From positions 1,674,001 through 1,738,000 of the forward strand of contig JAYWIR010000013.1 of the NCBI GenBank assembly GCA_036172245.1: 64,000 nt of DNA, written 5' to 3'. Every line of letters starts with the position of its first letter. Positions within the stretch are counted from its first letter, which is position 1. This DNA is from Raillietiella orientalis (lineage: Eukaryota). Positions 38,027-50,300 of the stretch are shown in pieces. A program made the translations under genes and the position numbers. The notes under the pieces were generated by a model. It was not told the DNA's origin. It was given only the letters and a program-made list of their open reading frames with translations, and did not search any database.

Positions 38027-41000
38027 CTACGCGTGGCTGCCGAGCAGCGAGCTGACCTCCCCCAGCAGCTCCTCGATGTGCTGCACACCAAGCCGGTCCT
38101 TCGGGTTCTCCTCCCAGCAGGCGAGCATCACGGCGAACCTGAAAGGCGGAATAAGGTGAGGGACCTGGAAGCGGCTGTCGCTGGGCGCGCGCGAAGGGGG
38201 GGAACGCGGGCCAGGAAAGAAGGCCCGGCGGCGTCCCCGGTGGACTGGTGTCCCCCCACTCGGCAAGGGAGCGGGGAAGCGCGCGGCGAGGGAGGAGGAG
38301 GAGGGAGAGGCGCCGAGGGATGGGAGAGAGGAAGGGGTGAGGTAAACCGCGCGAGGGCGCTAGGAGGGATTCCTCTCCCGGTATCCCGGGGAAGATTCTT
38401 CCCCTCGTCCTTACACTTCGTCCGGGCAGTTCGACGGCTGCATGAGGCGGTAGCCCTCCTTCAGCCAGTTGCACATGTCGAGTGGCTCCACGTCGCTGTA
38501 CGGCTGGCGAGCCAAGGTCAGCAGCTCCCAGAGGACAATTCCAAGCGACCACTAGCAGGAGGAGGGGGAGGGAGAGAAAAAGAAGGGGTTTAGTCATACG
38601 CAGCTGGCGTCGGCACCACTGGCGCGCGCGCGCGCATGGGGTGGACGGGGGGGGGGGAAGGGAGCGAAACGACCGAGGAGGCTGCCTGACCACCCGATCG
38701 ACTCCCGTCCGCCACCTGCTCCGTTATTCACGGACGGCTCTATGGGGGAAGAGGGAGGGGGGCAACGCAGATCCCCGATTTTCGGGATTCTTTTCTGTTT
38801 CGCTCCCATTTTTTTTTTCCTGGTCCCCCACGTGCTGAAGAACCGTCGGCCGCCTTGCGGCGGGCTCGCCAAGCTTTTAAACTCGGTCCACGCCGCCACC
38901 CGGAGGTGCGTGTCGACTGTTCAAGTGATGGGGGGGGGGGAGGTATCCGGGAGGGACCACCTATGAACCCAGGAAGGAAGGCTCTGGGGGAGGAAGAAGT
39001 TTGTTCCTCTCTTTCTCTTGGGAGGCAACCTCGAAAAGAACCCTCGACCCTGGTTGTCTCCGAAGGGAAGAACCTCTTCCTCGTTCTCTCCAGAGGGGTT
39101 CCCCAGAAGGGGCCGCTCCTCATTTCTTCTCCGGAAGAACCCCGCGCAAGGGAACTGCCCCTTCTTTCCTCTTCCTCTGAAGAGGACTCCGAAGGGACGC
39201 TTGCAGATTTATCTGAACGGTCCGCTCCCCGAAGGGAGCAGCGCACTTCTTGTCACTCTGGAGAGGTGTTGATAATCCATCAGTTCCATGGCACGAGATG
39301 GGGTGTCTTCCATCTCGTGTCTTCCCAGTGGGAAGGGGAACGACTCCATTTGCACAACCAGAGGAGAGCAGTCCCGAAGGACTCCTCGATGTTTTGGAAG
39401 GACCCTGGAGGGTTGATTGCCAATCCCAGCCAGTCGATGGGGGTTTCCTGCTTTCACCGTGCCGCATCCCTCTTTCTCGGTGTCGACGCTTTCTCCCCGG
39501 GCGGGATTCGAACCCGCGACGCAGGGTGCCACGTGCGCGGAGGCCGCAGCCACCGAGGTCCGGCGCCGCCGCCATTCCGTCCGGAGCATACCCGACACAC
39601 CAGCTGCTGACGGAGGATGGATGGAACGCGTGAGAGGGATGGTGCTTGGTGCCGACGGCCGGAGGACGCCATCCGCGACTGTGTGTCCATTCATCTCTCT
39701 CTACCTTGCCGCGAGGTGGGCGCCAAGCCACAGCGACGGCGAGCCGAGTCTCTCAGTAGGAACGGAGACGCAGCACCCGGAAGGCTCCCCGAACCGCTGC
39801 TTCGTCGTCGATCGCCTTCCCGTGGTGCGAAGCCGCGCCGCGGACATGTCGGCAAAACGGAAACGGAAGGATCGAAAATTTTACCACCATCCTTCCTCCT
39901 CTCTTCCCCCCTCCCCGGAAAGCAAAGAGAAAGGGAGAGAGAGAGAAAAGGGAGAAGAACAGGAACAATCGTTTGCGAGGTCCCACGCTCAGCACCCGTC
40001 CTGGATCCGTTCCCTTCCCGGAGAGCTTTTCCGCGCCACGCTCCACGCAGGTTCGTGTCAATAGTTTTCGCTCTTTCAATATTGAAGATGAGTTCTATTA
40101 GCAGGGGAATTCTCGTGGGAAACGTGCCAACAGGCAACCTAGCAACGCCGATTACGGCGGAACGATCCCGGTTTCGCGCGCAATAAAAACAACCGGAATC
40201 GTCGAAAAGCGATGATGATGATTCTGGCAGGCACGACAAGGAGCAGGAGTCCTCAGAGGACAAGTGACATGTACGCCCTTGGGTTCCAGGCATACTGAAT
40301 CCGCAATTCGGAATAACAGGGGAGAGGTGTTCCCGTGTTGTATGATTTATGCATCCCGACATGCTCGCCGGGGCCTCACTCAACGCATGCCGCTTCTCCG
40401 CATTTTCGAGGACTTAGAGGAATTTCCACGGATAAAAGTCTGCGACAGGCATTACGGGAACGATGATGGAGTCAGGAATGATCGCATTCTGTGTCTTTCC
40501 CTCTTGGGGAGCAACGGACCACGCATGCAGACGGCAGGCACTCTCATACCCGCTTGGAACGAACAACCACACGTGGTGGGAGTGCACGCACGTATGCAAA
40601 GGTGCATAAAGGTGGCAGCGTGCTGTGGTTTGCAGCGTCCACGCAGGAAGCGCCGGAGGTATCGAACACGGGCAGATCCATATACCCATTCAATCGGCTC
40701 GCCCGCGAGATTCTGTGAGTGTGCGTGCGTACGTGCGTGCGTGTGTGTGTGCACATGCCTTGTGCACGCTCAGGATGTTAACGAACCAAAGCCTGTCCAA
40801 ATTATCTATCTATCAAGATTGCTCTCTATAATTGCTCACGGAGAATCAGTTTCGCTTAAAACGTTATTTCGTTTAACATTCTGGAAGAGATTCGGGTTTT
40901 GCTAACTACCCGATGCGCCTACCAGGAAAAAAACAAAACAAAAAAAAAAAAAGGAAATGTTTTTTGTTTTGTTTTTTCGACCGGCCAGTTCGCCGCTATC

Positions 41001-44000
41001 CCCGCGCACGACAGTGCACGGGAAGCGGAAATGGCACACCTAAATCCGCACGCCCCGCCGGCGGCGACGTGTCCTCCGTCCGGAAGACAGACTTGCGCCT
41101 TGCGATGGTCCGTTTTTTTTTGCGAAAACGCACTAGGGCCACGCATGCACGCTGTAATGACCACGGTGCGTGGACTCCCGCGTGTGTCCGCGCAGTTTCG
41201 GAGTCCTCACGCGGAAGCGCAGCGGCGATTACGCGCCAACGGCGACGGGAATGAACAACGTAACCGGCCTTACCACATCGGAAGAACTAGAATAATTATG
41301 GTCCATCAAGCTTTCCGGAGCCATCCACTTGATGGGTCGTTTTTCACTGTCATAAAGGCAGGAGTAGTCATCTGGGAACAGATCTCCAGAAAGAGCTCCG
41401 TCCGCTACTTTCAGGTTGAATCCGGAGCCCACGCTGAAACAAGAGTTGCGGCAGTTTACTTTTCCATTTTCCCAAATCCGACCCCTCCGCTCGGAAGGCC
41501 AGTAGCCGCAACGCGATGATCCGGTTCACAGATTCCGGCGCGTTGAGGACCTGCAGACGCGCGCGTTCGCCTCCGAAAAGCGCCGCGATCAATAAAAATG
41601 TCTTTCCGGTTCTTCCGCGCGCTGCGTTCCGAAGGGTTGAAAACATAAAACAGATTCCGGAGTGGTTGGAAAGGGAGCTGCGTTCATCGGCAGCATCCGT
41701 ATCGTGAATGTCGACACACGCTTGCTATCTGGTTCCTCCCTCCCTCTCCCCTCCCCTCCCTTCTCATTCCCGCCGTTTGAAGCCGGTGTTCTTGCGAAAG
41801 CACATCCGGAAGACGAAACAGTTCTGGATGCGGGGAAGAGACGATCCGCAAATTTCTCCTGGGCTTATCTCCTGATGGGGTAGTGCGGAAACCCGCGAGG
41901 AAAGTCGCAGGCTCGATGAGCTGGCGGTAATGGATGATATAGTTTAATCCGGGCAATGTGGTCCCTCCCCTCCATTTTTATTTTTGTTTTTTTTTGCTCT
42001 CTAGCGATGGAACTTGGAGATATGCATCGCTCCGGGTTTTCCCGCATCATTTACTTGTCCACTCCCCGAAGCGCGTGAGGCGACCACGACTGCTGCGAGC
42101 GTCTTGCGCTCGCAAGGGTCTCTGAGGCGCGTGAAAGAAAAACAAACATGGCGGCACAGAGCTGTGCGGACCGACGGAGGGATTCGTGTGGTGTGCACGC
42201 TGCGATGATCGCGGACGCTGCGACCGAAGGAAGCTGGGGCATGTTCCCTCAGCCCTCTCCCGCCCCCCCCCCCCCCCTACGGGTTAGATTTTTCGCGTGT
42301 GCGTAACATGGGTGGGGTGAGGGTACCCTGTCTGTCTTCGCCCTGGCAAACCACTCCTGCCGAGGCTTCCTATTAGTCGAACCGTGGCTGCCGCTTTTCC
42401 CGCTTGCGGAGGGGGGAGGACCCGGTATCCTCGACCGCTTGCCGTGCGGATCGAAGTTCTCGCGCGCGGGAGGAGGGAGGGGAGGAATTCTCTAGGTGGG
42501 AGCTCGCGCACCGTGCGGGAGGGGTGAAGCACTGCTGGGGGAGCTCTCCACCCCGCCGGAAAGGAAGGAAGGGAAGGGGAGGTGGTGGTGGGGGACATGG
42601 GAAACAAATTCCGCGACACCCCTTCATCACCCCCAACTCACTAGCAGTTGCGCGTGGCGAGGTCCCTGTGGACGATGTGGTTCGCGTGCAGGTAGTTCAC
42701 AGCCGCCGTGATCTGCATCGCCATGTCCAAGACGTCCTGGCACGTCAGAGAGGACCTGCCCCCTCTTTCGGAGATCAGGAACCTGGGAACGCAGCAGCGG
42801 GTCAGGAGGCCGCCGTGCAGCTCCGAGCGCTCCCGTTCGGGAGTGGCCGTGGGCGGGCGTTCCCGGATACGCGCGCATCCCGCGCGCGCGTCGACGCTCA
42901 GGGCCTTTCCGGGAAGTGCGCGAGGGTCTCTCGCCCCGTCTGCCTCCTCCCACTCTGGGGACGCGCCGGATGCAGCAACAGCCTACCTCTTGAGGTTTCC
43001 CCTCTCCGTATGTGGGTAGAAGACGCACAGGGACTTCAGGCTAGGCACGCACAGCCCGATGACGGAGAGGACGTTCCCGTGGCAGAGACCGTACGTCATG
43101 AGGGCCTGGGAGAGGAAAGCCGTCTTCTGGCTCGGGGACGCGGAATCTGACGGAGGAGGAGACAAGTAGAGGAAGCGCACCCGAGGGCGCACCCCGAAGG
43201 TCCCTCCGGCGTCCGGGAAACTGGAAACCCTCTTTTCCGCATCCCCCCTCGGAGAATGGGTTCCCCGGCAGCTGTGCAGCGTCTCGTCTTCGAGACAAGC
43301 AGCCCTCTCCCCGAGAAGGTTTCCCCCGGGCGCGGGACGCTGCTCTGACACGAAAGGGAGGGGGAGAGATGGCGGCGCAGACCCAACTTTTCCGCGAGGG
43401 AAGGCGGGCGGAGGACTTCGAGCGCGTTCGAGGAATGAGCTGCGTTGTCTCTGGGAGGAACCCACCGCGCAGCGCCCCCCCCCCCTCCTGCTGACCTGCC
43501 AGAGATTTTATCATGACTTCCTGTCGCGGGAGGAGGGAGTCGCCCAGGTAGATCCCGTGGGTTATTCTGCCGAGAGTTCCCTCCATCACGGTCTGCCCGA
43601 AGACCAGCTCGCTGAGGCTGCGGATGAGCGCCGTCAGGCTGCTCCCCCTCTTCTCTTCGGCGCACTCTTCGGCAGACTCGAAGACGCTCTGGAGAAGGAG
43701 GGGTCGCGGTGTGCCCCAGGGAGTCTCCCGGTTCTCACCTTGTACGTCGAGTGTGTGCCTCCCGAGCTGAGGGACGTCTGAGAGTGCTGCGTCCTGGTGG
43801 CGGCGAACGGGCGCAGAAGGCCGGGTGCCTGCAGCCCCGCCGCCGGGGAGACCGAGGCGACTTCCGGCTCCCCGATCTTGCTGTCCTCGAAGGGCCGCTT
43901 GACGGGCAAGTTCTGGAAGGATGCCAGCGTGGTGTAGTCGCTCTTCCTCTCCAGGCCCCTGCATGCGTCGAAGTGGCGGCTGGACGTCAGGGAGAAGAGC

Positions 44001-47000
44001 ATCTGGTAGTTGCCGTAGGAGGCGTCGTCCGACAACTCCGAGCTGCAAGGGAGGAGGGAAGGGACACAATCAGGAGATGCCCCTGATCCTTGTCCCTAGG
44101 GGGGGGAGGCGGGGGGGGGGGAAACAAGTGCGAACTTTGCCCTGGGACCACAGGGTCACAGGCGTTTCCGATTCGGAGAGGTAGGCACCATTCTTCGGAG
44201 CAAGAAGAAACCGGGACTCCCCTTGGCGTTTGCCTTGGTACTGAGAGGTGTGCGTTGTTCCTGCGGAGAGCGTAGGAAGACCCGCGCACGGCTGGCTGCC
44301 TCCTGGCACGCGATGGTCATCGTCGGCAGCCAATCCGGAGATGGGGAGTGGGAAGCGGGGTGGGATGGTGAGTTGACCTTTGACGTCATAGAAACCAAAG
44401 ATAACGCAGGAGGGTAGGCGAAGGAGCGATTCTTGCGTGCCATGCTTCAAACAGCAGCGAGTAAGGAGAAGGTAGCAGGGCGAAGAAGAGCCTTTCTCCT
44501 GCTTCTCCTTCCCTTCCTACTCTTGCTCCTTTCTTCATCCTCCTCCTCTTCCCACCTTTCTCCTGCATCTCTCTTCTTCCTCCTTCCCCTGTTCCTTTTC
44601 CCGTATTCCTCTTGTAGATCCTCCGCAGCTACCCACTCTACTGGCTGCCTCTCTCTGTCCCTCCTTGATGACCCCGAGATCGTGCGCCATGCCCTCGCTC
44701 GTCAGCCGTCCGGAAGCAACGAAAACTCCCTCCGACACGCGCCCGTGGTTCGTGGTCGGCGCGTCTTTTTGGGATGGAGTTCCCCCACCTTCATGCCTTA
44801 CCTCCTCCTCCTTCTCTTCCTTCGGGATTTTTCCTTCCGCACGCACAGCACGATGGCGACCGCCACGATGGTGAGGAGCAGCCCGCAGAAGCAGCCCGCG
44901 ATGACGTAGACTGTCCTCTGGTCGAGCCGTCCGGTAAGGTCCTGAAGAACGGAGGCCTTCCTTTCTGGAGGTGGAGGGGACGGCTCCGAGCAGACCACCG
45001 CCTTCCTCTCCTTTTCGTAGGCGCATCCTGGAAACGGAGAGAGCAGGAAGAGAGTGTCTGTCGTCCCGCAGGAACGGATGGAGCCTCGGGAAGCGGGTGG
45101 TGCACCCTTGCCGCGAAGACCCCGGCGGAGAGAGAGGGGAGGGGGACTTGGGAAGGACTCCTTCCTCTCCCCTCCCGCGAGCCGGGGGGAGGGATAGAAT
45201 GGACGAGCGCGCAAAGAGGAAGTTCTCGGAGCGTCCTCCGGGACCGCCGGCGCTTATCCTGGACATCGGGGAGGGAAAAAGGGGAGCTTCCTCACGGTGG
45301 ACTCGAAAGCCTGCGCATCGGATTCGGCCGCGAAACGGTTGCCATGGGGACTGAGGGTCGTGGAGACGGTGAGGCCTTCTTCCTGAGGTCACGCGAGTGC
45401 GATTATGTGCGTGGGTCTCGCGGGAGAGGGGGAACGGCGGGCCGAGGGGTGCTCCACGAGACCCACCTTTCATGCAGATCTTCTTCCTCCGGATGTTGAG
45501 GTTCACAGAGTCGGAGAGCGGTGCCGGCAGCGTGATGTTCAGCTCGATGAGGACGTCCACCTCTGCGCTCAGCAGCCCGTTGCAAGGCAGGAGAACCCTG
45601 GAACACTCGGCTGCTGCTCCCAGCAATCTTGCAGTGCACGCGTCCCGGGGCAAAAACGTTTCCTGCCCCCTTCCCTCTTTCCTCCTCTCCGCGCCCCCGC
45701 GTCCAGCGGACGAGGGCTGCTGGAGACTGGGAACCGCGTGGCCGGGACAGGGGCGCATCCAGTGGCAGGAAGAGACGGGGTGCTGAGTGACCGGTGCGGG
45801 AGGAGAAGGGGTGTCCGGGTGTACCTTGCGCCCTGGTGACGCGAGGAGACCGCATCCGAGAAACGATCTCGACTTCCTCGAGGTGCGTCGGGCAGAAGGT
45901 CGCACTCCCTTAGGGGCCCCTGCAGAGCAGTTCCACCTTCGGACCGGAAGACCAGCGGCAGGGTGTGCGACCACGTCACGCGATCAGTCGCTCGGACGCT
46001 GAGGGTTCGCCACAGGCCAAAGGGGATCGCGCGGATCGCACGGGGTCGGTGACCCGCTGCCGCGACTGGGCGCGGAAGACGCGCCCTCTTCTGCTGATCC
46101 CGGGAGGCCCTTCCTTCTTCCCGTTCCGGGGCAGGAAGGGGGGTGAAGGCTGCTTCTCCAGCGGCGGCCTTCGTCCCTTTCCAAAATCCTCTCCTCGTGC
46201 CTCCCATCCCTTAGGGTGATCTCCCGGTCTCGACCCCGTTGCGGAGGACTGGGAAGCGGTCCGCCCGCCTCCTAGCACCGGTTCTCTCCCGTGGTGCCGC
46301 CCGAGGTGAGGACGCCGCAGCTCCTCCTTTCGGAAGAGAGGAGAGGCGGGAGACGTCGCGGGAGACCGAGGAGGCGTAAGCAGAGGAGGATGTGCTGCCC
46401 CTCCCTCGCCTGGGGGACCCACCGGGACCTGTTACGATTCCCCTAGGAACGCGTTCCTGAAAAGGTGTCAGTCTGCGGCCTTCTTCGCTCTTCCTCCAGC
46501 GCTTCGCGGTGTTGTCGCCAAGGGCGCTCGCAATTGCAGAGAGAAAGGGGGGGAGGAGGAAGAGGGGGCGCAAAGAGATGGTCGAATCCCTTCCTCCTGG
46601 GAGACTACTGCTCACTTCCGGTTTCTCCTGGAACGAAGGAGGAAGGAAGAATCCACGGCGCAACCATTCCCGCAATCCCGAGGAAGAGGCCGGGAAGATG
46701 GTGTCCCTCCCCCACTCCTACTGCTACCGTCGGCTTCTGGTTAGGGGGGACCTCCCATAGAAATCGGATTGCCTCTTCCCGTTCCCCTTCGCGGGGATTC
46801 GCACCTCCCTCCCCAGTCTCAAAGCATCCCGGAGACGCGTGCGAAGGTGGAGGGGAGCATGGCGGGAAGGAGGCTCTGAGGAGGAGCGCTGCCCCCCGCC
46901 CGTCCCCCGGAAATACCAATGGACACCGCTGGAGGGGAATCTCCTCCTCCTCCCCTCCTCTTCCCCTTCTCGCCAGAGTCCCGGAGGAGCAAGGAGCGTT

Positions 47001-49919
47001 CCCGGATGAACTCACGTGAAGCTTTCCAGGCGGGACGGGACGAGACCTTCACGGGGTACGTCGACCTCCGGGGACGCCAGGGCGTCCGCGCTGCCGAACT
47101 TCAGCCCCAGGCGGTACGGCGTCTGGAAAGACAGGGCGCTTGAGAGGCGGACCGCCGCAGGCGCTCCGCGGAGGAGGGCAGCTTCCTGAAGAGGGAGGGG
47201 AAGGTCCCGCGGAGGCCGGGGTGCGTTCGCGTCCCTACGCAGCCCTAACGGCAAGGAAAAGGGGAGGCCGTGAGAGAGGAAAGGACGCCCTCCGTCGGAG
47301 ACAGTGGCGGGAATGAAGCGAGGTCGCTCCTCTGCGACCTTCCGCCTTTCTCCCACCCGCTTTTCCGGCAGCGAGCAGAGGGATCGAGGAAGAACCCGCT
47401 GCTTCCATCCCCGTTGGGCGGAGGGAGGCATCGAGTTCCTCCGTTCCTCTTCCTGTTCCGAGAGGCCTTCCAGAACTCTCTTTGCACTTTCCGACTTTCC
47501 GAGAGCCACGGCGGCTCCGTCGTAAGCTGGCAGAGGGAAGGGGAATCTTCCTGCAGGCTGCCGCCTCCGGTCACTCCGGGTCCTCCTCTTTTCCTCCTCC
47601 TCCTCCCTTTCCCCCTGTCCTCCCCCCCGCTCCTTCACCCTTTCTCCTGTTCCTTCCTTCCTTCCCTCCTCTCTCTCCTCCTTCCTTTCCTTTCCTCCTG
47701 TTTCTCTCCCTCCCCTTCCTCCACCCTTCCTCCTCCTCCTCCTCTTCCTCGCCTTTCTGACCACCACCCCCTCCCGCCGTTTCCCTTCCCCTACTGCCCC
47801 TTTCCCTTGGACACTGACCTTCCTCCTGCTTTTGCTCTGCCAGGAGAACCTCAGGGCAGTGACGGTCGCCGGGATCGGCATGACGAAGCTCAAAGCGTAT
47901 TCGTTGACCACGCCCTCTTGCAGGTAGAAGATGGACGACTTGTTGAGGCCTGCAAAAGGTCAGGTCATTCCGATCGCTCCGACGTGCCCCACTGTCCCAG
48001 GCAGGGTGGGTCCAATAGCCCAGGTGATCGACAAGGAGAGCAGGGTCTATCGCAGGCGCGATCTCGGGACCTTTGACCCCCTGAAGGTGGCCCCTGCCCC
48101 CTTCCCCGAGGAAGAGGAGTGCGGGGAGCTCCGCGTAGGCCCCAAGCCCGCTGTGCGTGTCCCGGGAAGACCCCAGTCCTGGACTCCACTCCGGAGGGCG
48201 GAAGGCGACTCGGTCCCTCCTCTTCCGTGTCCCTCCCAGTACGCCGACGCGCCCCTTCGGCGTTCCGACGCTGCGGCGCCCCTGTCTCCCGGGTCCCTTC
48301 GACGACCTTTGCGTCGCTCTGCTTCCTCGCTGCCCGAGAGATATGCGCGGAAGGGTCGTTCTCCATGACAACCTCTTCCGGCCCGTCATAGGGCTGTTCT
48401 CCGCTCCCCATCTTCCTGCTCGAAAGGTAAAGGGAGGAGGAAGCTCCAGGGATGTCTATGGGACGCTGCGGCGGTGCGCCATTCCCATCCGGAACGGGCG
48501 GACTACTCCACCCCTCCCAGTTCTCCCCTCTCCCCCCCGTCGCAGAGCCCCTGTTTCTCAGGGTCACCCTCCTCGCGCGGGCGACGCGCACATTCCCCTT
48601 CCGCCGGGAGGAGAAGAGGCCGGACGACCCGCGCCTGAACGTGGTCGACGTCGCGCCTCACTCGCCGGAGGGCTTCGCGAGGGGCGGGGAGCGGGGCATC
48701 CCTTGGGCGTCAGCCAAGAGGGGAGAGGGCGGCACTGGGTCGCGGGAACACGCTCGTGTGGCCAACGGGACCTCAAGAGCTGGAAGAAGGGGCAGTCGAG
48801 GCACTCCTCCTGGCGTCGCCACGGGAACGCCACCATCTCCCACCCGCCTGCGGGTTAGGATTGGAGCGTGAGGTGGGAGAAGGAGAGCTATGAGCGCCGC
48901 ATCGTGCCAGGGCGCTTCCTCCGACGGTCGCCACCTGCTCCCCCGGTCGGTCGAGCGGGGGAGACGCGGGACGTTCCGCGCATGCGTAGGAGGAGAGGAA
49001 TCGAGGGGGGGGGGGGATGAAGACTTCGAGCGGGGATCCCCGGGAGAGGAGAAGCAAGGGAGAGGAGCGCGAGTACTTCCCTCCGGAACGTGCCTGGAAG
49101 GGGAGAGCCGGGTTCGGCGCGGTGAGAGTGTCCGACCGAGGGCGATCCCCCAGAGAAGAGAAGGGGGGAGAAGGGACGCGTCTAGGAGGAAGGGTCCCCA
49201 AGTAAGTTCGTAACTCCTGTAAGTTCGAAAGGGAGAGAACACTCCTTCCTCCTGCCGCAGGATCAGGGCACTCGCCCGGCTCCAGGTGAGCCGCAGCAGG
49301 CAGGGGAGCCATCGCCGTGACTGACTGAAGCGGCGGCTCTCGCGCGCGGGACGCTCCCTTCCGCGGTAGCTTCGCCTTTGCAGTGGGGCCTCACGTGGCC
49401 GGCGGCGCAAGGACCCTCGAGATTGGCGCCGGCGGGCGATCCCGCGTGCGCGGAGAGGTAGATGGGAGGAGGGGTTTTTCAGGGAAGAGGGCAGAGACCC
49501 GGCGGGCACCCTCGTTTCACGGGAATGGGATCGACCGCTGAGTCTCTCCGGTGTGGATGCGCGACGGGGGCTCCTCCGTCCGTGTCCCCTCCGCCGAGGG
49601 GGGGTGGGCGAAGTCCTGCACGCCCCCACGGCGGGCCGCTGCAGGCAGGGGAGGCATCCGGGAGTGGCCGGCTGGCTCCCTCGGAGGAACGGGGAGGGTC
49701 CGCAGCGACGGGGAAAGAAGACAGGAGTCCCCACCATCACCACCCCCGCTTCGCCCTCCCGGGGTGGTCCGGGCCCTTGCGCTCCCCGAGTAACTCACCT
49801 AGGATTTTCCTCACTTCGTCGCTGTCGAGGAAGACGTTGGCGGTGGCGGAGGCCGGCGGTGGGGGGCGGGGAACCGCCAGCCACAGCGCCAGCAGCGGCA
49901 GGCGGCGGAGGGGGCGCAT
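38027..49919 (-). CDS. RYK: RYK/lin-18/derailed family Wnt receptor tyrosine pseudokinase, 12 exons, 640 aa
   Basis: Exons 49919-49799, 47949-47819, 47122-47016, 45597-45467, 45027-44802, 44042-43739, 43688-43496, 43146-42987, 42782-42642, 41433-41274, 38551-38415, 38138-38027. All introns are GT-AG and phase-consistent; total 1923 nt. Signal peptide (MRPLRRLPLLALWLAV), WIF domain (FYLQEGVVNEYALSFVMPIP...LRFSW...LPCNG...RRKKIC), TM (VYVIAGCFCGLLLTIVAVAIVLCV), kinase fold with MEGTLG, HRDLATRNC, KVADGALSGDLFPDDYSCL, RPIKWMAPESL, SDVWSLGIVLWELLTL, GYRLMQPSNCPDEVFAVMLACW. Confidence 0.95.
38810..39560 (-). mobile_element. tRNA-headed SINE-like element, copy F, in RYK intron 10 (sense to RYK)
   Basis: Head CCTCGGTGGC...GGGTTCGAATCCCGCCCGGGGAG with acceptor-stem-like CCTCGG/CCGGGG and B-box at 39515-39503; body collinear with copy E; CCGCC-GCAA-GGCGG hairpin 38863-38850; A-run tail. 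Confidence 0.8.
44490..44610. repeat. Polypyrimidine/polypurine low-complexity tract in RYK intron 5
   Basis: Almost exclusively C/T on the + strand. Confidence 0.6.
47580..47810. repeat. Long (CCT/CTT)-rich polypyrimidine tract in RYK intron 2
   Basis: ~230 nt nearly devoid of purines on the + strand. Confidence 0.7.
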
Positions 49920-50300
49920 CACTCGAGAGCGCGCTCGCGGGGACGGCGGGAGACGACGGCGGCACGCGCGCACCCCGCATCTCCCTCGCACGCCATCGCC
50001 GTGACTGAGACGGCGGCCTCTCGCGGGCGGGAAGACGAGCGGGGCGGACGCGCGGCTGCCTCAGCGGCGACCGCCAGGCGGCGGCGGCGGCGGAGCTCCG
50101 CGCTCGCGCTCGCGTCTGCACGCGTCGCTGTCATCGTCGTCGTCACGATGGAAAGGGGGGGAGCTCGCCGCCGCCTCTGCTTCTGCTGCCGCCGCCCCTG
50201 ATCCGCGTCTCCGTCTCTCCGTCTCATCCTCTCCCGCAGCCACTCCCCACCCTCTGGTAAACGAAGCAGGGGAAGGGAGGACTGCCACCACGCTCCCCTC
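49920..50300 (-). promoter_or_regulatory. CpG-dense, (GCC/GGC)n-containing 5'UTR/promoter-proximal region of RYK
   Basis: Immediately upstream of the ATG; GGCGGCGGCGGCGGCGG at ~50077 and dense CGCG motifs. Confidence 0.4.

Noticed and set aside
39494..39559. Bona fide tRNA genes at the GGTTCGAATCC boxes (also 7940, 20484, 34532)
   Set aside because: No complete cloverleaf (D and anticodon arms degenerate), no oligo-T terminator, and each is attached to the same ~700-nt repeat body, so they are SINE heads.
40100..40270. Nested + strand exon in RYK intron 10 (acidic SDDDDSG...ESSEDK*)
   Set aside because: The frame from the apparent acceptor does not connect to the acidic stretch and stops early; no partner exons were found.
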